A DNA stretch of 64,000 bases from Candidatus Heimdallarchaeota archaeon. Its GTDB lineage: Archaea; Asgardarchaeota; Heimdallarchaeia; Hodarchaeales; Hodarchaeaceae. The notes under the pieces are model-generated. The model was not told the origin of the DNA and searched no databases. It saw only the letters and a list, made by a program, of their open reading frames with translations. The stretch covers positions 1,419,216-1,483,215 of the forward strand of contig CP070695.1 of NCBI GenBank assembly GCA_020353515.1, written 5' to 3'. Positions 9,630 through 19,812 of this stretch are shown one piece after another (the stretch's first letter is position 1; each line of letters opens with the position of its first letter). Position numbers and translations under genes: made by a program.

Positions 9630-10664
9630 ATGGCACCGAAGAAAAAAACTGAAACTATTGAAGCAACAAAAACAACAAAAGTTGATAAAACGACTAAAGC
9701 TGTGACATCCATTACGGATTTACCTGGAATAGGCCCCTCCACAGCTGCAAAATTAGTAGAGGCTGGTTTCTCAACCTTAGAATCCATTGCAACTGTTTCA
9801 GTTGGTGAGTTGACCTCAATCGCAAGTATGGGTGAGAAAACGGTAAAAAAGATAATCGAAGCAGCACGAGAAGCACTTGATATCGATTTTGAAACTGCCA
9901 AAACTGTGTTGGCTCGTCGTAAGGATTTGGCTAAAGTTACGACTGGTAGTCAAAAACTAGATGAACTATTTGGTGGTGGAATTGAAACTGGATCCGTAAC
10001 GGAGCTTTTTGGCGAGTTTCGGACAGGAAAAACCCAAATTGCCCACCAACTCTGTGTGACCGTTCAGTTGCCCCGTGAAAAAGGTGGATTACGAGAAAGT
10101 GACAATTATCCAAAGGTAGTGTATATCGATAGCGAAAGCACGTTTCGTCCAGAAAGAATACTCTCAATGGCAAGTCGTTGGCAGGATGAATTAGATGAAG
10201 ATTTGTTGTTAGAAAACATTTTACACGGACGTGCTCACAATTCCGATCACCAAATGGTATTAGTAGAAAAAATGATTAAGGATTATTTGCCTACTGAGAA
10301 TGTTAAATTATTAGTAGTTGATTCTTTAATTTCACATTTTCGTGCTGAATATGTTGGAAGAGGGACTTTAGCAACACGGCAACAAAAGCTTAACCAACAC
10401 ATCCACACCATTCTCCGAGCTGCAGAAATTGGGAATCTAGCTGTCATTGTCACAAATCAAGTCCATGCCAAACCTGACCAATTTTTCGGAGATCCCACCC
10501 ATCCAGTAGGAGGACATATCGTTGCTCATGCAGCGCAAACGCGGGTATACCTTCGTAAATCAAAAGGTGAACGTAGAATAGCCCGAATAGTTGATAGTCC
10601 TCTCCTTCCTGAAAACGAAGCAGTCTTTGGATTAGCGGAAAATGGGATTATAGATGTAACATAA
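9630..10664 (+). CDS. radA: DNA repair and recombination protein RadA
   Basis: HhH N-domain LPGIGP, Walker [34 protein letters not shown]. Likely start MAPKKK at 9630; the ORF track opens at 9576. Confidence 0.97.
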   Translation: MAPKKKTETIEATKTTKVDKTTKAVTSITDLPGIGPSTAAKLVEAGFSTLESIATVSVGELTSIASMGEKTVKKIIEAAREALDIDFETAKTVLARRKDLAKVTTGSQKLDELFGGGIETGSVTELFGEFRTGKTQIAHQLCVTVQLPREKGGLRESDNYPKVVYIDSESTFRPERILSMASRWQDELDEDLLLENILHGRAHNSDHQMVLVEKMIKDYLPTENVKLLVVDSLISHFRAEYVGRGTLATRQQKLNQHIHTILRAAEIGNLAVIVTNQVHAKPDQFFGDPTHPVGGHIVAHAAQTRVYLRKSKGERRIARIVDSPLLPENEAVFGLAENGIIDVT

Positions 10665-10729
10665 TCAAATTTTTATATTTAAATTGTAAAAAAAAGACGA
10701 TAGATCAAATATAGTATGTATCCACATAC

Positions 10730-10948
10730 ATGCAGGATACAACAAAAGAGCATCTCAGATATTATCCGATATATTATGAGGAAGGCGAAACATGGATATT
10801 TAATGAAACATATGAATTATATGGGCACAATAATAGTGATCCTGACGCAGGGTATATTATGATAGGGAGCACTCCTCACAATTGGTATTTACATCCTGAC
10901 ACAGAGAATAGAGTGACAACCTATATTGATATTTACGATGGATTCTAA
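10730..10948 (+). CDS. Short hypothetical ORF or gene remnant
   Basis: 72-aa ORF with aromatic, beta-rich composition; no recognisable motif. Confidence 0.35.
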   Translation: MQDTTKEHLRYYPIYYEEGETWIFNETYELYGHNNSDPDAGYIMIGSTPHNWYLHPDTENRVTTYIDIYDGF

Positions 10949-11036
10949 GATGAGAACTATATCCCTGACTTTTTTTTCTAAACAATTTTGTACCAAGAGA
11001 TATGATAAATATGAGAAAATAGAAAGGAGAAATATT

Positions 11037-11696
11037 ATGTAATCACTTCAAGAAAAGAGTAACAATAGGTCAAGAATCTTTCTGGAGATCTGTTTAATTT
11101 TTGTCATAATTCTACTTTTTTTTAGTACTCCCCTACAAGTTGGTTCAACACAAAATAGAGTTTTATTGATTGATGAAGAGGGGATATTTAGCTTATCAAA
11201 CACTTCAGATCGGTATATCTTATTCAAGGAGACAATATATGCAAATGAAAGACATATTGGTACCACTTGGAACCTAACTATTGAGATTTCGAGTAATTCT
11301 AGTACTGGAGTGAAGTTCTCATTTGAGAGTCAAGCTACAGACTGGTTTGAAGGCATTAAGGAATTCCAAGTGGACCCCAACAAGGCTCGTTCGGAGGTAT
11401 ATATTGCGCATTGCACATCTGATGAAACACCAGGCTTTAATTTCCTATATTCTTTACTTAGTCCTGAAAAAAATGCTAGTGGAATATATAAAATCGAGAG
11501 AATTCATCCTGGGTATCTTTTGGATGAGGGGTCGGATCAATCATGTGTTTGGGATATTTCTGCGTGGTTAAAGCGAACTATTTCTACTTCATACTCATCT
11601 ATTGGATCTAGTCAAGCTGTACCAAGTTTAACTTTCATTCTTTGTCTTATTACACTAGTCTATGTAGACTTAATTACTGGTAAAAAAAAGGCGTAA
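11037..11696 (+). pseudogene. Secreted, C-terminally anchored protein with a stop at codon 2
   Basis: AGGAG SD, ATG at 11037, TAA at 11040, then an in-frame signal peptide (RIFLEICLIFVIILLFFST) continuous with ORF 11166..11696, ending VPSL-TM-KKK. Confidence 0.6.
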
Positions 11697-11855
11697 AAAT
11701 GCTGGTAGATAAAGAATTCTCCTATTCTGAATGCAAACTTCTACAAAAATGTTCGTTTCATTCATTAAATGATCCAAGCATGTGAACTGCTGAAATACGT
11801 GATGATCGAATTTCTGAATGGCGAGTTTACTGGTTAGATCAGAGGGATTGAAAAA

Positions 11856-12638
11856 TTGTTTGAATATTGTTGTCACTACCTTAGTATAAATACGAAGAAG
11901 ATTTTTATTGTTCTTCTTTGCTCTTTTCTACTCTGTAGAAGCTCCCCCAACATAAATTTTGCGTTAGGTCACTCCCCAGAGCCTACATCAGAAACTTATC
12001 CAGTCATTGATCCAGATTACTACACCGTTAATGTCAGATCAGGAGAAAAAAGGAGTTATAATATCACTCGATTCATTAAGCTGCAGTCTAATGGAACATA
12101 TATTCGAGAGGGTAAGATAAATGTATTGGAATTTGACCAAGTTAAAGAAGGACAGACCTTAGTCGTAAAAGTTACGAAATCGTCAAATGAGATCATCCAA
12201 TATGAGATCTCAATCCAATTCGATAATAATACTCTTTTAACTGGTCCTAAATCTACAATCTATAGAAGTAACGGCATGAAGAATGATTTTCGTTTCATAA
12301 CGACTACCAACCAGACGCTAATTGAACAATGGGTCGAGAAAGATTCAAATACTCAATATAACATCACATCAGATTTTTTCTCTATTAAATTTAGTAATAA
12401 ATTCAATACCTATGAATATGCTTTTGACTTACGGACTGGTTGGCTAAACCAACTTCATTATCAGCATTTGAATACCACACATCTCATTGAGGAGTATCAA
12501 ATAATTGCTTTTGAAAAGTCAGGATCTTTCTTTTCACCAAGTTTTAGTTATTTAGAAATCCTTGTTTTTGGAGTTGTTTTACTGATTTTTATCTTATTAA
12601 AAGGTAAAAGACATAAGAATAGGATTCTAAAAACTTGA
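11856..12638 (+). CDS. Secreted hypothetical protein with C-terminal TM and basic tail
   Basis: KKIFIVLLCSFLLC signal peptide; C-terminal SPSF..LEILVFGVVLLIFILLKGKRHK. Confidence 0.7.
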   Translation: MFEYCCHYLSINTKKIFIVLLCSFLLCRSSPNINFALGHSPEPTSETYPVIDPDYYTVNVRSGEKRSYNITRFIKLQSNGTYIREGKINVLEFDQVKEGQTLVVKVTKSSNEIIQYEISIQFDNNTLLTGPKSTIYRSNGMKNDFRFITTTNQTLIEQWVEKDSNTQYNITSDFFSIKFSNKFNTYEYAFDLRTGWLNQLHYQHLNTTHLIEEYQIIAFEKSGSFFSPSFSYLEILVFGVVLLIFILLKGKRHKNRILKT

Positions 12639-12899
12639 TATAATGAATAACTATATTAAATAATCTCGTATAAAGAACTCATTTAATTGGATATAAAAAT
12701 GTTAGATGTCATCATTTTCAAAAGTATGTTCCAAATGTCGCTTTTTCAGGGTATTTAAAAATAAAAGAATGGGTTTTTCTCTAGTTCTTACCCTGAGAGG
12801 AGAGATTGAGCCTTCAAAAATCAACAATTGTATATTTGGAGACAGAGCGACTTAGTAATGACTTAAAAAAATATACCAATGGATTATTTGACGACATTC

Positions 12900-13493
12900 T
12901 TAGAAAATCAGTCTAGTTTTCAATAATCCTTTGTGATTAAGTAAGTCCTTTAATGATAATAAAAAAGAGAGATTTACGTTATTTTCTTGCTCGAATTTCT
13001 TCATCAGTTCTTTATTAGGCAATCTATTGATGAAAACAAATATTGAGGCAACTTTCGCTCCATGGTTACGAATCATGTTCAATAATGGTATTTTACTTCC
13101 ACCTGAAGTTATAACATCATCAACCAATAATATCCTTTTATTAGAAATATTTCCTTCAATTAATTTTTGTGTTCCATGTTTTTTACGTTCTAAACGAGCC
13201 AAAAAATACTTTTTCTTCAATTTAAGAGCTAAAGACACCCCTAAAGGAATACCTGCTAATGGTGGGGCTATAATACCATCGAAAAAACCAATATTTTCTG
13301 AAGTTCGGATATAATCCGCTGCAATATTAGTAATTTCTTGAAATTCTGCTGGATAATTAGGTAAAATTCTCAAATCAATATAAAAAGAAGACCTTGATCC
13401 ATTTTTTAATTCAAAATCACCAAATCTTAGCACATTAATCTTTTCTAAAGTAGAAATCACCTGCTTTGTTAACGCTAATGATAATCGGGGCAT
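12900..13493 (-). CDS. pyrE: Orotate phosphoribosyltransferase
   Basis: FGDFELKNGSRSSFYIDLR, RKKHG, PRPP motif LLVDDVITSGGS. Likely start MPRL at 13493. Confidence 0.95.
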   Translation of the reverse strand: MPRLSLALTKQVISTLEKINVLRFGDFELKNGSRSSFYIDLRILPNYPAEFQEITNIAADYIRTSENIGFFDGIIAPPLAGIPLGVSLALKLKKKYFLARLERKKHGTQKLIEGNISNKRILLVDDVITSGGSKIPLLNMIRNHGAKVASIFVFINRLPNKELMKKFEQENNVNLSFLLSLKDLLNHKGLLKTRLIF

Positions 13494-13566
13494 GAAAATA
13501 CTACCACTAATGAATTGAAAAACCACTTTTTAAAAAGTTTTAAAGTTGAAAGAGTTTTCTTGAATT

Positions 13567-14349
13567 ATGAGTTTCTTAAAGCTTTTATCAGCTTCTAAGG
13601 AAGAATCAAGAAGTAATGTTTGTATCGGATTAGATTTAGCCGTATATGGAAGCCGAAAAGAAAAAACTCTTCAAATTGATGAGGAAAAAACGGAAGTAAT
13701 CCTTAATCTTATTGACAGTCTCTATCCTTATTGTTGCTCCTTCAAGGTAAATCGCCAATATATTCTAGATCTATCAGTGGCTCAAATACAGAATATAACT
13801 GCAAAAGCTCATGAATATAACCGTCCTATTATTGTTGATCATAAAATTTCTGATATAGGACCTTCAAATGAGCAAATGCTGTATCACTGTAAACAAGAAG
13901 GATTTGATGCGTTTACAGCTAGTCCTTTTCCTGGGAATGTAAAAGAAATCTGCACCTTATCTCATTCATTTGGATTATCCTCACTAATCCTAGTTTTAAT
14001 GTCCAATCCTGAAGCAGAATGGATGAAAAGAACCACTTTAAATGGAATCCCACTCTACAAATACTTAGCTCGCTTAACAAATAAATATGCTCAAGGTGCC
14101 GTTGTTGGAGCCGCTGGACATGTTGGGATGAAAGAATTAAAAATTATCGCAGAGGAAATTTCTGGCAAAGTAATTTTATCTCCAGGTGTAGGAGCACAAG
14201 GAGGGGAAGTAAAGAATTTATTAACAGCATTCAAAGATGATGTCATATTCAACATAGGACGAGGAATTATTTATCATAAGAATCCAGTAGAAGAAATAAA
14301 AAAGTACAACAAATCTATTGAATCAATCTATCAATCACTGGGTCTTTAA
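13567..14349 (+). CDS. pyrF: Orotidine-5'-phosphate decarboxylase
   Basis: CIGLD, DHKISDIG (DxKxxDI), MSNP, LSPGVGAQGG, IGRGI. Confidence 0.93.
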   Translation: MSFLKLLSASKEESRSNVCIGLDLAVYGSRKEKTLQIDEEKTEVILNLIDSLYPYCCSFKVNRQYILDLSVAQIQNITAKAHEYNRPIIVDHKISDIGPSNEQMLYHCKQEGFDAFTASPFPGNVKEICTLSHSFGLSSLILVLMSNPEAEWMKRTTLNGIPLYKYLARLTNKYAQGAVVGAAGHVGMKELKIIAEEISGKVILSPGVGAQGGEVKNLLTAFKDDVIFNIGRGIIYHKNPVEEIKKYNKSIESIYQSLGL

Positions 14350-14350
14350 A

Positions 14351-15586
14351 TTGCTTTTAAAAAATGCCTCGATATGGTATCGTGAGCAAATTATTCATGG
14401 TCACGTTCTTGTGGATGAATTAACTGGTTTAATTAAACGCATCTCTCTTTCAAACACAAGTTCTGCAGATTCTGTAATTAATTTGAAAGGAAAGCTAATC
14501 ATTCCAAGTCTCGTTGACATTCATTGTCATTTAAGGGATTTTGAAGAGAGTCATAAGGAAACATATGAAACTGGGGCTCTAGCAGCAGCTGCAGGGGGAT
14601 TTACGACAATTTTTGACATGCCCAATAAAATAAATCCTATTAATTCTTCTAAAAGTCTTAATATGGCTGTAGAAAGAGCTGATAGAATCCAGTCTTGTGA
14701 GATCATCCCTTATGTTCTTTTGAATAAAGGAACAGAGGCCTCACTAATTTCTAATTACCCTTATTCGAAAGCTTATCTTGGAATTACGACTGGAAATTTT
14801 AGAACTGATGTTTCAGAAGTTGCAGCTTTTTTAATCCAATCATCAGGAGTACTAGCTGTACATTGTGAAGATAATGAAAGAATCAATAACAATCTAAAGA
14901 AGTTTCAAGCTACTCTAGAGAATCATGGAAAAATCCGAGATCCTCAATCTGAGGTACTAGCAATCAAAAATCTGCTAGAAACAACAAAAGATATAGTAAC
15001 AAAAGGAAAATTACACATTGCTCATGTTACACTTCTAGAATCAATAGGAATTTTACACTCAAAAAATATTTCCTTTGAAGTAACTCCACACCATTTATTT
15101 CTGAACAATGATGATTTATATCAACTTGGTGTAAAGGGGAAAATGAATCCTCCATTAAGGTCAAAATTAGAGCAAAAAAAATTGCTAGAGGCTTTCCTTG
15201 CAAATCAAATACCAATAATTAGTACTGATCATGCTCCTCACACAAAGCAAGAGAAGGAAGATCTGGAATTAGCTGGAGTCCCTGGTTTGGAAACGTGTCT
15301 CCCTCTTCTATTTCATTATTGTAAACCTTTAGATATGCGAAAATTAAAGCTTATCATAAATGCTTTGGCAATTAATCCACGGGTTCTAATGAATTTATCT
15401 GAAAAAGGGATTATTGTTGCAAATGAGCCAGCTAATCTGACAGTTATAGATCGAAAAAAGACTAAGGTGGTTCGAGGAGAAGATCTTAGAACTAAGTGTA
15501 AATGGAGTCCATGGGAAGGATATGAACTATTGGGATGGCCAGTACTTACCATTCGAGAAGGTAAAATTGCGTTTAATGACCTTTAG
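14351..15586 (+). CDS. pyrC: Dihydroorotase
   Basis: DIHCHLRD, GGFTTIFDMPN, VHCED, EVTPHHL, MNPPLR, STDHAPH. TTG start at 14351 is likely. Confidence 0.95.
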   Translation: MLLKNASIWYREQIIHGHVLVDELTGLIKRISLSNTSSADSVINLKGKLIIPSLVDIHCHLRDFEESHKETYETGALAAAAGGFTTIFDMPNKINPINSSKSLNMAVERADRIQSCEIIPYVLLNKGTEASLISNYPYSKAYLGITTGNFRTDVSEVAAFLIQSSGVLAVHCEDNERINNNLKKFQATLENHGKIRDPQSEVLAIKNLLETTKDIVTKGKLHIAHVTLLESIGILHSKNISFEVTPHHLFLNNDDLYQLGVKGKMNPPLRSKLEQKKLLEAFLANQIPIISTDHAPHTKQEKEDLELAGVPGLETCLPLLFHYCKPLDMRKLKLIINALAINPRVLMNLSEKGIIVANEPANLTVIDRKKTKVVRGEDLRTKCKWSPWEGYELLGWPVLTIREGKIAFNDL

Positions 15587-15606
15587 ATTCTCTATAAAGT
15601 ATAATA

Positions 15607-16455
15607 TTACCTGAAAGAGTACTTTGAACCATCAGCTCGTCTACCGAATTTTCCAAAATCTTCGACTTTCGCTAGTATGTTCCCGCGAAATACTGGACCA
15701 TCTTGACAAATGCTAAGGCCTAAATCATCTAAAAAACATGATCCACAAATTCCGAAACCACATCGAATATAACGATCTGCTAAGCAAATTTGAGTGTTTT
15801 CTGCTAGATCATGATCCTGAGCAATTGTTAAAATTTTTCTAAGCATTAATTCTGGACCACAGGAATAAATTTCCCAGCCCGTTGGATCCTGCATGAGATC
15901 GTAAAAAGATATTTCCATTTTTTCGGACACTAATCCATCAAATCCATAGGATCCATCTTCTGTGCAAAATTCAGTAATAATAGGCAGTTTTTCAAATTCT
16001 TCTCTAAAAAGTAACTCGGTTTTAGTCTTAGCTCCTTGTACTAATACAATTTTGGGTGATTTAGAAGAAGTCCTAGTCATTTGGTGAATCAAAAAGCGTA
16101 AGGGCGCTATTCCTATCCCCCCAGCAACAATAAATGCATTTCTTGAAAATTTAAGATCAAATCCATTTCCAAATGGACCTCTTAGGCCTATCAAAGTATT
16201 AACTTCCTTCTTGATGATATCATTTGTTGTAGGCCCGACTCCACGAATCGTAAAGGACATTATACTATTTTGATAATGACTAACTGCTATAGGAATCTCA
16301 TCATTACCAGGCAGCCAGAGCATGAAATACTGGCCTGGAATTACTTTCAATAAATTCCCTTCAGGTATTGAAAAACCGATTGATACAGTGCTTTCATTCT
16401 CAAAACATTTTCTAAGAATTGGTAAGCAATAAGGAAGGTCATAGCAATTAGCCAT
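15607..16455 (-). CDS. pyrK: Dihydroorotate dehydrogenase electron transfer subunit
   Basis: PGQYFMLW, RGPFGNGF, AGGIGIAP, CGPELM, 2Fe-2S motif CGFGICGSC...CQDGPVF. Confidence 0.95.
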   Translation of the reverse strand: MANCYDLPYCLPILRKCFENESTVSIGFSIPEGNLLKVIPGQYFMLWLPGNDEIPIAVSHYQNSIMSFTIRGVGPTTNDIIKKEVNTLIGLRGPFGNGFDLKFSRNAFIVAGGIGIAPLRFLIHQMTRTSSKSPKIVLVQGAKTKTELLFREEFEKLPIITEFCTEDGSYGFDGLVSEKMEISFYDLMQDPTGWEIYSCGPELMLRKILTIAQDHDLAENTQICLADRYIRCGFGICGSCFLDDLGLSICQDGPVFRGNILAKVEDFGKFGRRADGSKYSFR

Positions 16456-17386
16456 GTGCCATCCCCTTTAACTCTTCTATAGTTAGATCTTCTCGAACAA
16501 GATAAGAATCTAGTCCATTTAATAATTCTGTAATGAGAACCTTTGGTGATGAATAATTATGAAACGCAGAACCTATTTGAACGGCACTTGCTCCTGCTAA
16601 TAGATATTCAACAACATCCTCCCATTTAGAAATCCCCCCTAATCCTATTAATGGAATTTTTGGTCCAATAGATTCAAAAAGATCGTAAATCGCTCTTAAT
16701 CCAATAGGTTTGATAGCTCTGCCCGAAAGTCCACCTCTAATATTTCCTAATATTGGTTTTTTTGCTTCAATATCTATAAGTAAAGCCTTAATAGTATTAA
16801 TAGCAACAAGAGCATCAGCTCCCCCTGATAAAGCTGCTTCTCCTATTTTTGTTATGTCGGAGATATTGGGAGTTAATTTAACCCAAATTGGAATATTAAA
16901 AGTAGTCTTAACCTCTTTAACTATCTCTTCAACAACTTCGGGGTCTGTACCAACAGCCATCCCAAACCTTTTCGCATGAGGACAGCTTAAATTTAATTCA
17001 AAAGCTACAGGACTGGTCCTCATTCTAACTTTTCTAAGGCAGTCTATTACAGAAATAAATTCATCGGGGGAGGACCCAAAAACTGATACAATTAGACTCA
17101 CATCGGATTCAATATTTTGTAGTTCCTTACTGAATTTAGAACAACCAGGATTGGCTAATCCTATCGCATTGATAACTGAATGGATTTCTGGAAGATAAAG
17201 GACTGATGGATTCGGGTGTCCTTCACGTGGTTCAATACCTATTGATTTAGTTGTTACTGCCCCAAAACCTTCATGGAATGATCGGTTGAGGGTGGAGTAG
17301 GTTGATCCCAAAATACCTGAAGCTAAAATTAGCGGGTTTTTGATTTCAACATTCCCAATGGTGGTTTTTAGTTCTTTCATCATCAT
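16448..17386 (-). CDS. pyrD: Dihydroorotate dehydrogenase, family 1B catalytic subunit
   Basis: NPLILASG, INAIGLANPG, ELNLSCPH, VKLTPN, GGLSG, GASAVQIG. Confidence 0.96.
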   Translation of the reverse strand: MMMKELKTTIGNVEIKNPLILASGILGSTYSTLNRSFHEGFGAVTTKSIGIEPREGHPNPSVLYLPEIHSVINAIGLANPGCSKFSKELQNIESDVSLIVSVFGSSPDEFISVIDCLRKVRMRTSPVAFELNLSCPHAKRFGMAVGTDPEVVEEIVKEVKTTFNIPIWVKLTPNISDITKIGEAALSGGADALVAINTIKALLIDIEAKKPILGNIRGGLSGRAIKPIGLRAIYDLFESIGPKIPLIGLGGISKWEDVVEYLLAGASAVQIGSAFHNYSSPKVLITELLNGLDSYLVREDLTIEELKGMAHG

Positions 17387-17388
17387 TA

Positions 17389-17883
17389 TCAGAGCATTAA
17401 TGAGATATGCTCGTGAATATTAAAAATTACATCACAATATGCGCATCGGAGGCTTATTGGGTGATGATCATCCAATACTGTAAATTCAGATTCAACATCC
17501 TCTTGTTGGCTAGTTATACAATTCAACCCTGGACATTTTAATACTCCAGAAATTTTTTTGGGGATCTTGATTTTTTCTTTTTCAATTATTTTGTAGTCCT
17601 TGATATATGCGATATTACTACCAGATATCAACAATCCCAATTTTTTAATATTTAAATCCTCTCTGTTCATATTACGTATCTTTAATATGTCTTTTCGCCC
17701 AAATTTACGTGAAGGAAGATTAATCGCTACAAACACAGAGTGAGGAAAGTTTTCATCAATATTCAATGCTTTTAATGCATAAAAGGCTCTTCCTGGAGGT
17801 GTAATGTGGTCAATAACTATTCCATTATCGATTTTTGCCACAATAAGCTCTTTTTCTGTCTTTTCTTCTAAATTATTCAACAA
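17389..17883 (-). CDS. pyrI: Aspartate carbamoyltransferase regulatory chain
   Basis: IDNGIVIDHI, KDILKI, zinc ligands CPGLNC...CAYC. Confidence 0.95.
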   Translation of the reverse strand: MLNNLEEKTEKELIVAKIDNGIVIDHITPPGRAFYALKALNIDENFPHSVFVAINLPSRKFGRKDILKIRNMNREDLNIKKLGLLISGSNIAYIKDYKIIEKEKIKIPKKISGVLKCPGLNCITSQQEDVESEFTVLDDHHPISLRCAYCDVIFNIHEHISLML

Positions 17884-18826
17884 AATTACCTCCCAATAGC
17901 TGATCTAAAATTGCCATTCGTATGTAGACGCCATTTTTGGCTTGAGTGAAATATTTCGCTTGAGGAAACCGGTCTATTTCATATGGGATTTCATCCACCC
18001 TAGGTAAGGGATGTAATATCAATGATGTATCCTTAACTGATTTGAGTAAGGATGTGTGTAGCTGATAGGAGCCTTTAACTTTCTGATAAAGCATTGGATC
18101 AGGAAATCTTTCTTTCTGTAATCTTGTTACATAGAGAACGTCAATATCACTAATTACTTCTGAAATATTCTCTGTTTCGATTATTTCTAAATTCGTTTCT
18201 TTAAGATCCAATCGTAAGTCTTCTTGTAAACGTAAAGAAGGGTGGGAGATGAGATTAATTGTATTTCTGCCAAATTTACTTAAAGCTAAAAGGAGTGATG
18301 AAATTGTCCTACTATAACGTAAATCTCCCATAAGAGCAACATTCAATCCAGAGAGTCGGCCGAAATATTCACGAATTGTAAAAATATCAAGAAGCGCCTG
18401 GGTAGGATGTTCTTGACTACCTGATCCTCCCGAGATGACTGGCACTTCAAATTTTTGAGCAATCTCAGCTGCTAGCTTCGCTGATCCTCGTAGTGGATGA
18501 CGAATTACGATTCCATCTGCATAATTCGCCAGCATTGTTATTGTATCTGAAAGCGATTCTCCTTTCTCAAGAGAAGTTCCTGTACTACTTGAAAAACCAG
18601 TAATACTACCTCCAAGTCTTAACATAGCAGTTTCGAAAGACAAGCGAGTTCGTGTGCTTGGTTCCCAAAAAGCTAAGGCTAGTATTCTTCCTTTGAGTCG
18701 AGTGTGGTAATGAGATGGATTTTGTTTAATCAATTTCGCATAATCTAGGATTTCAACGATTTCTTGCTCTTTTAAATCTCGGATTGCAATCAAATGAGAA
18801 GTTTTTGAAATCTGAATGCCAACCAT
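17873..18826 (-). CDS. pyrB: Aspartate carbamoyltransferase catalytic chain
   Basis: EPSTRTRLSF, HPTQALLD, YVTRLQKER, HPLPRVDEI. Confidence 0.97.
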   Translation of the reverse strand: MVGIQISKTSHLIAIRDLKEQEIVEILDYAKLIKQNPSHYHTRLKGRILALAFWEPSTRTRLSFETAMLRLGGSITGFSSSTGTSLEKGESLSDTITMLANYADGIVIRHPLRGSAKLAAEIAQKFEVPVISGGSGSQEHPTQALLDIFTIREYFGRLSGLNVALMGDLRYSRTISSLLLALSKFGRNTINLISHPSLRLQEDLRLDLKETNLEIIETENISEVISDIDVLYVTRLQKERFPDPMLYQKVKGSYQLHTSLLKSVKDTSLILHPLPRVDEIPYEIDRFPQAKYFTQAKNGVYIRMAILDQLLGGNFVE

Positions 18827-18985
18827 TATTGTTTCTCCTTATTATAGGTTATTATCTAAATAGATATTGAATTATAAGGATTTAACCATTGATTTCTTTT
18901 CTTCGAATGTAACCTACCTAAAAAAAGATGTTCATTAGTGTGTAAAGAAATTTTCTAGTCAAAAACAAGCGCATGTGTACATTTA

Positions 18986-19654
18986 TTAGAAAAAAGAGAT
19001 TATCTCTTTCATATTCTTAGTCTGGCAAACAATATCTGATGCTTCAGCTACACGTTCAGAGCTTGGTTCAATTGTGATAGATAACCCTGCAACCTTAAAC
19101 ATATCAATATCAGCCGTTGAATCTCCAATCGCTATTGAATTTTCAGGGAGCATCTTAAATTGTTTAAGAAAATTCCTTAGAACTTTTCCTTTCTCCTCCC
19201 ATCCTATATTTATTTTAACTTCTCCTGAAATTCGATTATTATACCGTACAAGTTCGTTTCCAACCCAATAATCAAACTCAAGTTGAACAGCAATTTTCTT
19301 TACAATATCTTGGAGGCCCATCGATAATATTATTAATATGCAGCCCTTACTTCTTAAGAAAGAGACGAGCTCCGTAATACCTTCCCTTAACTCGATACTA
19401 GCGATTGCCTTTTGATATTCGTCCTCTGTACGGCCTATCCAAGCTTCAGCATCAGCTTTACAGAATTCATAGTATGAGATCTCTCCTTTAAGGAAGCGAT
19501 GTAAAATTGGTTTTCCATGAATTTCCCATGTTCCAAAAAATTCATGAACAGCTTGCCATGATGATCTAAAATCTGTAGTTGTTAGAGTTCCATCTAAATC
19601 GAAAGCTACCAATGTATAATCTGATAATTGAAATCGTTCATTGTATTTTTTCAT
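18986..19654 (-). CDS. HAD-superfamily phosphatase (phosphoserine phosphatase-like)
   Basis: FDLDGTL, SSW cap, LS motif II, K, IGDSTADIDMF. Confidence 0.88.
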   Translation of the reverse strand: MKKYNERFQLSDYTLVAFDLDGTLTTTDFRSSWQAVHEFFGTWEIHGKPILHRFLKGEISYYEFCKADAEAWIGRTEDEYQKAIASIELREGITELVSFLRSKGCILIILSMGLQDIVKKIAVQLEFDYWVGNELVRYNNRISGEVKINIGWEEKGKVLRNFLKQFKMLPENSIAIGDSTADIDMFKVAGLSITIEPSSERVAEASDIVCQTKNMKEIISFF

Positions 19655-19812
19655 GAAAGGAGGCTAGTGATAGCAATCAAAAATGATTTTCGATTGTGAT
19701 GAGAAAGTTTAATTAAGATAAGCCAGATGTTTGTTATCAAAGTACTGCTCCAGACTCAAGTCGTACAATGGAGATTTATCATACCTCCTCTTAATCAAAG
19801 GACGAAAGGAAA

